A DNA stretch of 64,000 bases, taken from positions 32,001 through 96,000 of the IMG/VR virus record IMGVR_UViG_3300023174_000084; one strand, given 5' to 3'. The translations under genes were made by a program, and so were the position numbers. Shown piece by piece: positions 7,433 through 17,386 of this stretch. Every line of letters begins with the position of its first letter. Positions within the stretch are counted from its first letter, which is position 1. This DNA comes from a virus. Under the pieces are notes generated by a model. It worked only from the letters and a program-made list of their open reading frames with translations. It was not told the DNA's origin and did not search any database.

Positions 7433-8698
7433 TTATCTGCCAACTTGTGGCAAATATTTGGCCTTGGTTTCTTCCCAAGACATTTTGATTAGGTCATCAT
7501 AGAAAAGTGTTTCATATGAAACATTATTTTTTTTCTGTAATTGCCTAATACGACCCTTAGCATACTTGATTTTCCAAATATTGGCAAGGGCTTCTTCACT
7601 AGTATCAAACGACTTTACCAGTTCAGAATCGGTAATTTCTTTACGGAGAAATTCATTGGTATTATTATAGAGTGGACTAAAATAGATACCACGTTGATGT
7701 TCGGTGCGGATTAATTCTTTTGGTATTTGTAACTTGGAATATGCAAAATTTAATGAACGATTTTTGTGGTCACGTTTGAGTGGAAGACCTTGTTGATTTT
7801 TGGCATCCCACCATTCAAAATATTTACGAGTATGATTTTCTTTAATCCAATCAAACACCAATTTTTTGGTGGCTCTCGTTGGTTCAAATGCAACTGAACC
7901 TGATGAGAATCCCATTTGATTCCAATGTTCAAGTCCATCATATTGAGATAATCCACCAGCTTTAGTTTTGCCATATAATGATGTTGTGGTAACACCAACT
8001 AGTGTATCGCCATATTGCCGTTTCCAATCTTTCTGAACTGTATCAGATAAACACATCAATGCCAACAATTTACCACCCATGTAATTAAAACCAAGTGGCT
8101 GTAATGGAACGATTGTAGAACCGATTGCGGTGTGATTAATCATGTGTTGTTGTGTTTTGACATCTCGTGACCATCCGATTGCGTTATCTCTCGGAGTCAA
8201 GTCCAGGAAGTCTGAGGAGATGCATATCACACCAAGATATTTTTTTGTTACCTCATCGGTAAGAATATAAAATAGATTACGGCCAATGTTAGAATTGTTT
8301 TTCATTGTAGATGAGAATGTGCGAATGGCATTCCATCTTTCTGCTTCAGGTCCATTTGATAAAACCATAACAGGTTTTAGTTTTTCAAAATCATCAGGAT
8401 CTTTTGGCATCCAAAAATTTCTTTTGACTTCATTAATCATTTCTTCTTGTTCGGGATACACCATTTGTAATTCTTCACCAAACAACGTAGATACCTCATG
8501 GACAGGATATCTTTCTTTAATTTCACACCATTTTTGATACAAAGTATATTCACGAACATCCATTTGAGAAGCATAGGTTAAATCCTCAATGAGGACTTTC
8601 TTCATATGTTCTTCATCAATATGTTCAAAAGAACTGGTAGGATTTTTTTCTTGCCAGTCTTGCCATTGTTTTTCTACAAATTCAATCGGTGTTGCCAT
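7433..8698 (-). CDS. DUF4338 / DruA-like protein
   Basis: GRNL.Y, LGVI, RDNAIGW, PLGFNYMGGKLLA, TTTSLYG, SQYD, GFSSGS. Confidence 0.65.
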   Translation of the reverse strand: MATPIEFVEKQWQDWQEKNPTSSFEHIDEEHMKKVLIEDLTYASQMDVREYTLYQKWCEIKERYPVHEVSTLFGEELQMVYPEQEEMINEVKRNFWMPKDPDDFEKLKPVMVLSNGPEAERWNAIRTFSSTMKNNSNIGRNLFYILTDEVTKKYLGVICISSDFLDLTPRDNAIGWSRDVKTQQHMINHTAIGSTIVPLQPLGFNYMGGKLLALMCLSDTVQKDWKRQYGDTLVGVTTTSLYGKTKAGGLSQYDGLEHWNQMGFSSGSVAFEPTRATKKLVFDWIKENHTRKYFEWWDAKNQQGLPLKRDHKNRSLNFAYSKLQIPKELIRTEHQRGIYFSPLYNNTNEFLRKEITDSELVKSFDTSEEALANIWKIKYAKGRIRQLQKKNNVSYETLFYDDLIKMSWEETKAKYLPQVGR

Positions 8699-9309
8699 TA
8701 TTTTTTAAGCTTACTCAAGTTTTTTTTCATTTTGCCAACCATCTTAAAGAGTTTATCTCTTTTTTTCATGGCCATTTGAAATGCTAAAGGTTTAACACGA
8801 CTAGTATACACGATTCCATTCATGTGGTCAAGCTCGTGGAGAAAACAACGAGCGGATATGCCAGTCAATTTGGTATTTCTAATTTGGCCATTAAAGTCTT
8901 GGTACTCCACCATAATCTCTTTTGGCCTACCGATTCGTAATGATAATAATGGATAAGAAAGGCATCCTTCTTCCATTAAAATCATTTCATCTGATAAAGA
9001 AATAACTTTTGGATTAAAGAATGCCACATATTCATCACCAGCACCCATTACAAATACTCTGTGTTTAAAACCACATTGATTGGCAGATAGTCCAAGGCCT
9101 TTGTTTAACTTACAAGTTTCAATCAATGAAGAAGCAAACTCCGCCGGATTAACCGGCGGATTGGCAAAATCAAATTCTGGCAAATACTTTCGAAGTATAG
9201 TATCATTTTCAGGTACTAAATCAAAAATTGGTATACGCTCTTCTACCGCATAGCTAAGACCTTTTAATGTATCTTCCGTATTAAATTTAATTATTGCATC
9301 ATCTTGCAT
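8698..9309 (-). CDS. def: peptide deformylase (likely start MQDD at 9309)
   Basis: GLGLSANQ, EGCLS, HELDH motifs. Confidence 0.95.
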   Translation of the reverse strand: MQDDAIIKFNTEDTLKGLSYAVEERIPIFDLVPENDTILRKYLPEFDFANPPVNPAEFASSLIETCKLNKGLGLSANQCGFKHRVFVMGAGDEYVAFFNPKVISLSDEMILMEEGCLSYPLLSLRIGRPKEIMVEYQDFNGQIRNTKLTGISARCFLHELDHMNGIVYTSRVKPLAFQMAMKKRDKLFKMVGKMKKNLSKLKK

Positions 9310-10471
9310 ATTCTTCTTCCTCATCTTCTTCATCAAATAATTCTTCTTCATCGGCTGAATTGAAGAAAGCACTTAATCCTTGCGTAACAAGATAATTATC
9401 ACTAATCTTTTCATCGTTCTTTCCAAAAATAATTAATTTGTCCATATCTTCACAAATATCTTCAATTTGTGATGGAACACATCCATATAATTTAACTCTA
9501 TCATTATATGATTTTGCGTTACCATAGTATATGGTACTAATTTTGTTAAGATATTCAAACCACAATTTTTTAAATTTTAGTATAGATTCTAAATAACATT
9601 TTTGTAAATTGTATCCGTCTAGTTTTGAAACATAAATGACTAAACGAACTTCTTTACCAGGTTTTTGCTGAGCCAATTCGGCAGCCGCAAAAAAAGCTTT
9701 GATTGGTGAAGATGAAGCATATGGTAAGTAAATAACTTTTTCGGTTTCTATGTAGTTTTTATCTTTCAACCAAGAACCAACTTCTTTTCTTGAAGCCCAA
9801 GAAATTGGTAATAGACCGGAACTTTGAATAGCATTTTGGTGATGAAAAATTCGCCAAGATAAATCGCTACGTTTTTTACCGGTAAATTTTCCTTTTCCAC
9901 ATACTTTATTGATCCAATTAAAAATTGCGTCATAATTTAATTCTAAAGTACCTTTATTGATATGTTTATTTGCATTGTCAATAATATCGATCAGTTTCGT
10001 TAATCCCGCAGGAGCATTATCATCACCTGAGTTCAAACGCAAACCGTAATCAACTTCTTCTTCATCAGAAATATCAACAATAACACAAATACGGTTCTTG
10101 AAGTTTTTTTCAGATAAAATTTTATCTTTTGTTCGTCCATCAAGCAATTTAAATTTTCCACCTGGAATGCGTTTTACAAAAATTAATTTTTCATATAGAC
10201 GGTAACCATTTTCTAACAAATCGGTTTTTAATTCTGCATATCGGTCATTCAAACCGTTAGCTCTAACAGGTTGTGAACTGCCATAACCATCACGAACAAT
10301 TAAATCTGCATCAATTATATCAATATCGATAAATTTTAGAGATTTAAATTCAATGTTGGTGTAATATTGTGGAAAAGCAGACTTGCGAATAAGACTCTTT
10401 GCAGTTGCTAAGTTTTCTTTAGAAAATTGTCCGTTTTTTTTGATTGGTACAATAAGCTCTTTTGATTTCAT
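9299..10471 (-). CDS. hypothetical protein with ParB/Srx-like N-terminal region and acidic tail
   Basis: L..DLLENGY...FKLLDGRTK...LRLN pattern. Confidence 0.45.
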   Translation of the reverse strand: MKSKELIVPIKKNGQFSKENLATAKSLIRKSAFPQYYTNIEFKSLKFIDIDIIDADLIVRDGYGSSQPVRANGLNDRYAELKTDLLENGYRLYEKLIFVKRIPGGKFKLLDGRTKDKILSEKNFKNRICVIVDISDEEEVDYGLRLNSGDDNAPAGLTKLIDIIDNANKHINKGTLELNYDAIFNWINKVCGKGKFTGKKRSDLSWRIFHHQNAIQSSGLLPISWASRKEVGSWLKDKNYIETEKVIYLPYASSSPIKAFFAAAELAQQKPGKEVRLVIYVSKLDGYNLQKCYLESILKFKKLWFEYLNKISTIYYGNAKSYNDRVKLYGCVPSQIEDICEDMDKLIIFGKNDEKISDNYLVTQGLSAFFNSADEEELFDEEDEEEEYAR

Positions 10472-10553
10472 AATAATTTCCTTTGTTTAAAGTTAAGTAA
10501 TTTTTAAATACTTACTCATGTTTAGTGAGTAAAAGGTTTTAACCTTTATGTGA

Positions 10554-10582
10554 ATTATAAAATATTGTAATAACTAAGGCAA
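10554..10582 (-). promoter_or_regulatory. sigma70 promoter TTGCCT-N17-TATAAT
   Basis: -35 10582..10577, -10 10559..10554. Confidence 0.75.
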
Positions 10583-10599
10583 GAGATATTGTGGTAAAC

Positions 10600-12315
10600 T
10601 TATTTTTCTACCTGGCTAAAGTTGTTGACTTTTTTGAATTTAATTATACTTCTAAATTTATCAAATAACTGGTCACCCTTATGGGATATAACAAAAATGT
10701 TTGTATCATTTCCCATCTCATGAATTAACTTCAAAAACTCCTCTGTGCCAACACCATCTAGTGAAGAATCAAATACTTCATCAAGAATCAATAGATTAGT
10801 ATTGGTACTATTCTTTAGCTTGGCAATCTGTCGCCATGTAAACAATAGAGCCAAATCAATCCGCATCTTTTCACCTTCTGAGAAGTTGGCATAACTAAAC
10901 TCATCACGGTGCCTTGATTTAATTGTTTCTTCAAATGATTCATTGATATTAAAGTTCACAAAGAAATCCATGGCAGTCAAATACTTATTAATCAGTTTGT
11001 TCATGATAGGTAAGTATTGACGAATGATTTTGGTTTTAATGCCAGTATCTTTTAATAGATTACCTGCAAACTCATAATATTGTTTTTCGGTTGCAAGTTC
11101 TTCTTGTTTGGCAATCAATGCAGCCAATTTAGTTTTGAGTTCCTTTAATTTGGCATTTTCTTCTTCTAAATTATCTTTACGATTGGATAACTCAACAATT
11201 TCACCATTTAATTTATTGATAAAATTGTTTATGGCTGTAATGGTAGAATTGTGTTTTACAACTTCGTTACTGTGTGACTGTATGTGTTGAATTATTTTTT
11301 GTATTGCATCAATTCTATCACTTGTTTCAGCAATCTGTTTAGCAATATCGGTTAGTGCATCATTGACTTCAACCTTGGTGTTGTTCAATGTGATGATTTG
11401 TCCTTCTCTAAACTCTTGGTCAATACCTTGTTTACAAGTAGGACAATCACCATTATCGTGATAGAATACAACCTCTTTCTCAATCTTTTTCAAACGAGAT
11501 TCTAGTTTAGATTCTAACTGAACCAATTTGCCACTCTTTTTCTGCATGGCCATTTGATCCGAAATCTTACTATTCAATACATCAATATGTTTTTGTATCA
11601 AACCAATGTCTTTGGTTAATTGTTTGATTTGTTCTTCCGAATCAACAATCTCTTTTTGTTTCTTTTCAATTTCGGCATCATTGTGTTTCTTGTGTTCTTC
11701 AATGCTTTGTTTCTGAAAATTAATTTTCTCAGAAGTTAAATCCATTTCGTATTTGTTTTTGGTGGAGGTATCTTTAATGATGGCCATCTTCTCTTTAACC
11801 ACACCATTCATAGATGAAAAGATTTGAATGTCTAATAAGTCCTCAATGATTGCTCGTCTATCGGATGGAGATAACTGCATGAAAGGAACAAACGAAGCCG
11901 AACCAAGAATTACCACTTGAGTGAATGATTTATAGTTTAGTTTGAGAATAAACTTCTCTAGGTGTTCCTGATAGTCTTTTGCTTTGGCATCTTGGTCGAC
12001 CAACTGGCCATTGCAATACACTTCAAATGTATTTGGTTTGATGCCACGAATTACTTTGTATTGTTTTTTGCCAATAGAAAATTCAATCTCAACAACACAA
12101 TCAGATTGATTAATAGAGTTTGGTAACTGTGGTTTGTTAATCTTACGAAATGGTTTACCAAAAAGGCCAAAACATAAGGCATCAAGAATTGTTGATTTGC
12201 CTGCACCATTATTGCCAATGATGAGTGTGTTTGGTGATTTGGTTAGATTGATTTCAGTAAAATTTAATCCTGTTGAAAGAAAATTTTTCCAACGGACCTT
12301 TTCAAATATAATCAT
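10600..12315 (-). CDS. 46: recombination exonuclease ATPase subunit gp46 (Rad50/SbcC-like)
   Basis: GNNGAGKST, CPTC zinc hook, FSEGE signature, LILDEVFD, ISH. Confidence 0.97.
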   Translation of the reverse strand: MIIFEKVRWKNFLSTGLNFTEINLTKSPNTLIIGNNGAGKSTILDALCFGLFGKPFRKINKPQLPNSINQSDCVVEIEFSIGKKQYKVIRGIKPNTFEVYCNGQLVDQDAKAKDYQEHLEKFILKLNYKSFTQVVILGSASFVPFMQLSPSDRRAIIEDLLDIQIFSSMNGVVKEKMAIIKDTSTKNKYEMDLTSEKINFQKQSIEEHKKHNDAEIEKKQKEIVDSEEQIKQLTKDIGLIQKHIDVLNSKISDQMAMQKKSGKLVQLESKLESRLKKIEKEVVFYHDNGDCPTCKQGIDQEFREGQIITLNNTKVEVNDALTDIAKQIAETSDRIDAIQKIIQHIQSHSNEVVKHNSTITAINNFINKLNGEIVELSNRKDNLEEENAKLKELKTKLAALIAKQEELATEKQYYEFAGNLLKDTGIKTKIIRQYLPIMNKLINKYLTAMDFFVNFNINESFEETIKSRHRDEFSYANFSEGEKMRIDLALLFTWRQIAKLKNSTNTNLLILDEVFDSSLDGVGTEEFLKLIHEMGNDTNIFVISHKGDQLFDKFRSIIKFKKVNNFSQVEK

Positions 12316-13415
12316 GCCTGTTCTTGGTTCAATGCCTCAACATATAATTCACGCATTACTGTTTTCAGCTTTTCATTGTCAATGTGTTCTTCGTGTATAC
12401 CATCTACAAACTTATTAATAATCGTGATAGTATCTTCTGCTTGGTCAACCATATCATCATCTACACCTTCTGTCAAGTCCGTAAAGTCCTCGGCAATGGT
12501 AATATCAACAGGATTAACATTATACAGGTTATTCATAAACTTGTCAAATAGATAGGGGTTCGTTTTGTTGATTACCACCACTTTAACATAGGTATTGGTA
12601 TACTTGCTCATATCTTTATTGGTAATCTCAGTAATTGATTCCACTTTATCATCATAAATGATTTTGTGGAACATTACATTTGAATTCTTTATGAAAGTAA
12701 GGTCACGAGTATTAAGATCAAAAATATGAAAGCCTCTAGCGTCATTATAATCTTGCCAAGTAAGTTCATACGGATTTCCAAGATAATGAATGCCGTCAGC
12801 TGAACTGCGATGATGATAATGCCCACTAAAAGTAAAATCAAACTTTCTGAATAACTCACGACTTAATCCTTCTTGACTTGGCATGCCACGATACATGGCA
12901 AAGCCGGCAATCTCAAAGTGACCCATACAAATATCAGCATCGGTGTCTGACATAATTTTAATACAATCGTTATGATTCTCAGTACATATCCATGGTATCA
13001 TACAGATATTTGTATTCTTCACGTTAATAACGGTTGGTTTTGAGATTACATTAATATTATTATACTCTTGCAACAACAAATCAACCGAATTCACATCATT
13101 GGTATTTTTAAAATAGGTGTCATGGTTACCAGCCAACATATGCACCTGAATACCTTTGGCATACAACTTGTCAAAGAACATCTCTCTTGTTCGTTTGAGT
13201 GTATAAAAGTTTACATACTTTCTACGGTCAAAAGTATCACCCAAAATAAGAACAGTATCAATACCGTTCTCATCAAGAACTGTAAAAAAAGTATCCCTAT
13301 AAAATTTTTCATAATAATCAAGGAAGTGTATCGAATCATTACGAGCACCAAAGTGTTGGTCGGTAATGATGGCAACTTTAGTTGCGGTCTGGTTTTCTGT
13401 GGTCGATATTGTCAT
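12312..13415 (-). CDS. 47: recombination nuclease subunit gp47 (Mre11/SbcD-like)
   Basis: TDQHFG, LGDTFDRR, GNHD, GHYH. Confidence 0.96.
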   Translation of the reverse strand: MTISTTENQTATKVAIITDQHFGARNDSIHFLDYYEKFYRDTFFTVLDENGIDTVLILGDTFDRRKYVNFYTLKRTREMFFDKLYAKGIQVHMLAGNHDTYFKNTNDVNSVDLLLQEYNNINVISKPTVINVKNTNICMIPWICTENHNDCIKIMSDTDADICMGHFEIAGFAMYRGMPSQEGLSRELFRKFDFTFSGHYHHRSSADGIHYLGNPYELTWQDYNDARGFHIFDLNTRDLTFIKNSNVMFHKIIYDDKVESITEITNKDMSKYTNTYVKVVVINKTNPYLFDKFMNNLYNVNPVDITIAEDFTDLTEGVDDDMVDQAEDTITIINKFVDGIHEEHIDNEKLKTVMRELYVEALNQEQA

Positions 13416-13545
13416 AATATTTTATCTCAATCACGGATTCATTTGGTTTATTGCCAGCAAAAAATGTGGCTTCTTGTAGTGTATTGAACCATTTAAAAAA
13501 TACAACAGATTCTTTTTCTGTTGGGTAGTAACTCACTTTATACAT
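13378..13545 (-). CDS. hypothetical protein, 55 aa (MYKVSYYPTEK...RKPDRN), not in ORF track
   Basis: Read manually; GGAGAG SD in the gp55 tail; fills the gp55-gp47 gap. Confidence 0.6.
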   Translation of the reverse strand: MYKVSYYPTEKESVVFFKWFNTLQEATFFAGNKPNESVIEIKYYDNIDHRKPDRN

Positions 13546-13549
13546 TATA

Positions 13550-14104
13550 TCACTCTCCTAAAAACTTTTCAAGCCCCTTTGTTTTCTTTGCCGTTGCGAT
13601 GTCTTTCTTTACCTTTCTTGCATCTTCATAGTTTTCAATAAATTCGGCAATATTATCATATAATTCAAACTGTTTAGAGGTACCATCTTCAAACTCCATC
13701 ATTTCGAATTCATCCAAAATACCCATTTGTTCTGTAGATTTATACTTAACATACAGTTGTTTCTTTTCTTTGGAAATTCTTCTTAGAAAGGCAAAGTAAA
13801 TAATCTGTGTGAAATAGGCAAAAGGATTTTTGGACTTGGCTGGGTCAAAATTATCAAAGTATTGTAGGCAATTCTCAATACCATCCGATATCATTTCGTC
13901 ACGATAGGTATAGTTTATGAAATTAGGTTTGTGTGATAAACCTTCTGCTATCTTCATAAAACACTCACCAATGTAATTTGGAATCGCTGGAGGTGATCTT
14001 TTTTCTTTCTTTGCCAGTTTACAAGCTGCCTTGTAATCGACCAAAGCTTTAAGAAAATCTTCGTTATTAATATAATGTTTTTGCTTAGCCATAAAATATA
14101 CCAT
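13550..14104 (-). CDS. 55: late sigma factor gp55 (probable start MAKQKHY at 14092)
   Basis: HYINN..F, PNFINYTYRDEMISDGIENC, NPFAYFTQI. Confidence 0.96.
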   Translation of the reverse strand: MVYFMAKQKHYINNEDFLKALVDYKAACKLAKKEKRSPPAIPNYIGECFMKIAEGLSHKPNFINYTYRDEMISDGIENCLQYFDNFDPAKSKNPFAYFTQIIYFAFLRRISKEKKQLYVKYKSTEQMGILDEFEMMEFEDGTSKQFELYDNIAEFIENYEDARKVKKDIATAKKTKGLEKFLGE

Positions 14105-14113
14105 AAAAAGTTG

Positions 14114-14142
14114 TTGACAAAGGGCTTGACAGAGTGTATAGT
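14114..14142 (+). promoter_or_regulatory. antisense-oriented sigma70 promoter TTGACA-N17-TATAGT
   Basis: -35 14114-14119, -10 14137-14142; extra TTGAC copies at 14126 and 14151. Confidence 0.65.
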
Positions 14143-14175
14143 TCTCGGTGTTGACCCATGAGATTAATAATTAAT

Positions 14176-14550
14176 TTAGTGTAATGTTTGGTTTTCACCA
14201 TCATCTAATGCATCCATAATATCTTCAATTTCTTCATCTGTCATTTCATCAGCAAGACTTTTTGCCTTCAATAACTCATTAATCTTTTCCACAGTATTCA
14301 TATAGTATTCTGCAAATTCATCATTTGGTTCAAATACAGTAAGCACGTCACAAGGACTAATTTTGATTTCATTTTTTTTAATTAATTGAACTGGTAACCA
14401 ATGGGACATTACTAAACCACTTTGATGACCTTTTTGTACCAAAGAAACAGACATAGGTTCAGAGATTTCATAATCTCCATTTTCAGTATCATGCAAATTA
14501 CCAATGATATCTTCACCGTTTTTTAAACGAACTATTTTTATGGTGTTCAT
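14176..14550 (-). CDS. conserved hypothetical protein between uvsW and gp55 (likely start MNTIKIVRL)
   Basis: KIVRLKNGEDII...HWLP...YY pattern; acidic tail ending TLH. Confidence 0.7.
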   Translation of the reverse strand: MNTIKIVRLKNGEDIIGNLHDTENGDYEISEPMSVSLVQKGHQSGLVMSHWLPVQLIKKNEIKISPCDVLTVFEPNDEFAEYYMNTVEKINELLKAKSLADEMTDEEIEDIMDALDDGENQTLH

Positions 14551-14569
14551 TTTGATGCCTTTATTGATA

Positions 14570-15364
14570 TTAAACATGTTTGAGTATACCATTCATTGAG
14601 CTCATATTATTATATCCAAAAAAATCCAAATACTTTGTATCTAATTTTAAAAAAGTATTCAATGCCATTAAATCTCTAATTACATCTTGCTGAGTCCAAG
14701 CATCTTCTATTATTAGATAATCACCTTGTTTTATGTATTGGTTGAAATATTTTACAACCTCAAAAACATTACAATGTGTATCTTCTATTATTAACCATGG
14801 ATGAGGTAAATTTAAATAATCTATACCATGGTTTTCAAATGTTGTTATATTGTTGCAATCACAAAATAAGTAATTGATTCCATTATTAAACAAATTATTG
14901 TTTTGTATATCAAAGGAAAATAAATTAATATTTTTATTGTATATTTTTGATATATCCATTATATATTCAGCACTGGAACCTGATCCTGACCCTATTTCTA
15001 TAACTGTGTTAGGCTTTAACTCCCATAATAACATATTGATTATGTTTAAATCTTCTGCACTTTTTAATATTTCTTTGCCTTTCCAAGTGTTACAGTAACC
15101 AAAACCTTGGCCGAGATGTAGTTGAGTTTCTATTAACTTAGGAAATTTTAGATTTTGTTCATTAATCCTTTTTTCCCAGTCTACAAATCTTTCGTGGCTT
15201 TTTGTAACATACAATTCAAAAAGATTTAATAAATCTTTCTCATCAGTCCATGTAACATTTTCGTTAACATAATAATTTACAATATTATTAAAATGTGTTT
15301 GTGATTTATAATTTGATAATTTTATTTTTTCAATTAATTGTTTTAATAATATATCTTTATTCAT
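14570..15364 (-). CDS. CmcI-family (cephalosporin hydroxylase/rhamnosyl O-) methyltransferase, AT-rich insert
   Basis: WKG...K...D, ELKPNTVIEIGSGSGSS, LIIEDTH, GDYLIIED. Confidence 0.75.
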   Translation of the reverse strand: MNKDILLKQLIEKIKLSNYKSQTHFNNIVNYYVNENVTWTDEKDLLNLFELYVTKSHERFVDWEKRINEQNLKFPKLIETQLHLGQGFGYCNTWKGKEILKSAEDLNIINMLLWELKPNTVIEIGSGSGSSAEYIMDISKIYNKNINLFSFDIQNNNLFNNGINYLFCDCNNITTFENHGIDYLNLPHPWLIIEDTHCNVFEVVKYFNQYIKQGDYLIIEDAWTQQDVIRDLMALNTFLKLDTKYLDFFGYNNMSSMNGILKHV

Positions 15365-16845
15365 TTTTTTAAATTGATTTTATAAATCTTAAATGGAAAT
15401 TTTTCTTCCGTGTAAATCTTAACTCGTTCAACAAAATGTTTTAATGTATAATTCATATGTTTTTTATATCGTAAATCATCGGCTATGTCATAGAGTGTGG
15501 CTTTTTCTTTTCCTTCTGCTTGCCGTAATCCTCTGCCGATAGATTGCAGATTGCGAATCCTTGATTTAGAAGGACTTGCAAAGATGATATTGTGTAGATT
15601 GCGAATGTTAATACCAGTGCTAAAAGTACCAAAAGATGCAACAACAATCGCATCATTTTCTATCTCCATTATTCTTCTTATTTCTTCTCTGTCGGCGGTA
15701 TCAGTACCTCCATGAACAAAGAATACTTTTCTATCACCAATGTTCTTGGTATTCTTAATCATATCATATAGGATTTGACCATGTTTGTCAACCATTTGAT
15801 ACAATATTAGTGTATTATTACCTAAGCTAACTGTAAGATTTTTAATGAATTTATTTCTATTTTCGTTTGCAATTAGATATTGTATTTCTTCTTGGTATGT
15901 TTTATCTTTTAATTGTAAACATATTTCGTCATCATGTTTAAGAACTAAACACTTTATTTCAAAATCTGAAACCTGCTGTTTATCAATCAACTCTCTGGTG
16001 GTAATTACCTTTTTAACAGTACCAAAAAGACCTTCTAATACTAATTTATGTGTTTTTGTTCCATCTAAAGTGCCTGTTAGTCCTATCCTATATTTGGCAT
16101 TAACACAAGATGTAAGTATTGTGGTTAAAGACTGTGCTTTGAATAAGTGAGCTTCATCACCTATAACGTAATCAAATTGTTCAAAATATTCTTTTGGCAT
16201 CTTATATAAAGATTGCCATGTAGAAATGATTAATGGTTTGTCAGATTCTTTTTCTTTGCCTTGGTAAATTCTATGCACATTTACCATTTCACTATTGTTA
16301 TAATCACCAAAGTCGGAGTATAATTGTTCAACTAATGAAGTTGTAGGAACAATTACAAGTCCTTTAAGATTTTGATATTGATGTAGCTGTCTAAAGATTA
16401 GATAGATGATAAGAGATTTGCCGGATGCCGTTGGTGAAACCAATAACGCTCGGCGTTTTTGCATGGCATGAATATAAGCATCTAATTGATGTTCTCGTAT
16501 TTCAATGGATTCACCACGAGAATGAATGTTTAGTGAGCCAATAAATTTCTTGGCATGGTATACCGAATATTCATCTTCAATATCTAATCCGTCTTGGTAT
16601 TCATGCGTGTAACCCCTCTCTTTACAAAATTCTTCTGCATAGTAAAGAAGTCCACGATAGATGGTATTGTTTCGTAAATCAAAAAGCCTTATCTTGCCGT
16701 CCCAGATTCTATTGCGGTATGCAGGAACAAATTGGTAACCAGGAACAAAAAAAGTGAAATACTCCGATAACTCTTTTGCGATATGTTTTTCACAAGTTAT
16801 CTTAACATAGACTTCATCTTTTTTAGAAATTATAATGTCGACCAA
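15361..16845 (-). CDS. uvsW: SF2 DNA helicase UvsW
   Basis: WDGKIRLF, PTASGKS, GDEAH, GLTGT, LQSIGRGLR. Confidence 0.96.
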   Translation of the reverse strand: MVDIIISKKDEVYVKITCEKHIAKELSEYFTFFVPGYQFVPAYRNRIWDGKIRLFDLRNNTIYRGLLYYAEEFCKERGYTHEYQDGLDIEDEYSVYHAKKFIGSLNIHSRGESIEIREHQLDAYIHAMQKRRALLVSPTASGKSLIIYLIFRQLHQYQNLKGLVIVPTTSLVEQLYSDFGDYNNSEMVNVHRIYQGKEKESDKPLIISTWQSLYKMPKEYFEQFDYVIGDEAHLFKAQSLTTILTSCVNAKYRIGLTGTLDGTKTHKLVLEGLFGTVKKVITTRELIDKQQVSDFEIKCLVLKHDDEICLQLKDKTYQEEIQYLIANENRNKFIKNLTVSLGNNTLILYQMVDKHGQILYDMIKNTKNIGDRKVFFVHGGTDTADREEIRRIMEIENDAIVVASFGTFSTGINIRNLHNIIFASPSKSRIRNLQSIGRGLRQAEGKEKATLYDIADDLRYKKHMNYTLKHFVERVKIYTEEKFPFKIYKINLKK

Positions 16846-16852
16846 TTTAATC

Positions 16853-17386
16853 CTATTGACAAATTAAATTAAAAGATACTATAGTCTTTGTTTTATTAGA
16901 CAAATTCTTTTTTGATTGGTGGTATATTAATGATGGAAAACAAATTATATCTCCTTCCGAAACATCAAAATCATATTCTTTATCAATAATTTTAAAAGTT
17001 GTTTTTAATGATTTTTCTGGAAGTTCAACATAATAAACACAACTATAATAACTGTCAGTATGATTGTGCCACACATGATAATCACCATTTTTATATTGTT
17101 GAAACCAATAGTTTGATAAAAACAAATTGCAATCCAATTTTAAATTTTCTTTTAGAGAAGATGCTGTTTGCACTATTAAATTATTAACATAGTTATAATA
17201 TGGCCGAAAAAAATCTTTATTCAGGTGCCAATCCGTATTAGAAATAGATTGGTTGTTGTGTGGTTCTATTAAACTATGCATACCCATTTCTTCTATTGAT
17301 TTCAATATTTGCAGTTTTAATTCATTATGATTTTCAATATTGTAAATTACAATTGGCATTTGCAAAAAATCAATTTTCATTATCAA
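16853..17386 (-). CDS. putative 2OG-Fe(II) oxygenase, AT-rich insert
   Basis: WFQQY..GDYH.WHNH, SCVYYV, EGDII.FPS..YH, KTIVSFN. Confidence 0.78.
   Translation of the reverse strand: MIMKIDFLQMPIVIYNIENHNELKLQILKSIEEMGMHSLIEPHNNQSISNTDWHLNKDFFRPYYNYVNNLIVQTASSLKENLKLDCNLFLSNYWFQQYKNGDYHVWHNHTDSYYSCVYYVELPEKSLKTTFKIIDKEYDFDVSEGDIICFPSLIYHQSKKNLSNKTKTIVSFNLICQ

Noticed and set aside
9310-9372. Extended N-termini given by the ORF track for def (also at 18072, 24203, 14592, 5192)
   Set aside because: They overlap upstream genes or lack an SD; better starts with SD or stop-start coupling lie downstream
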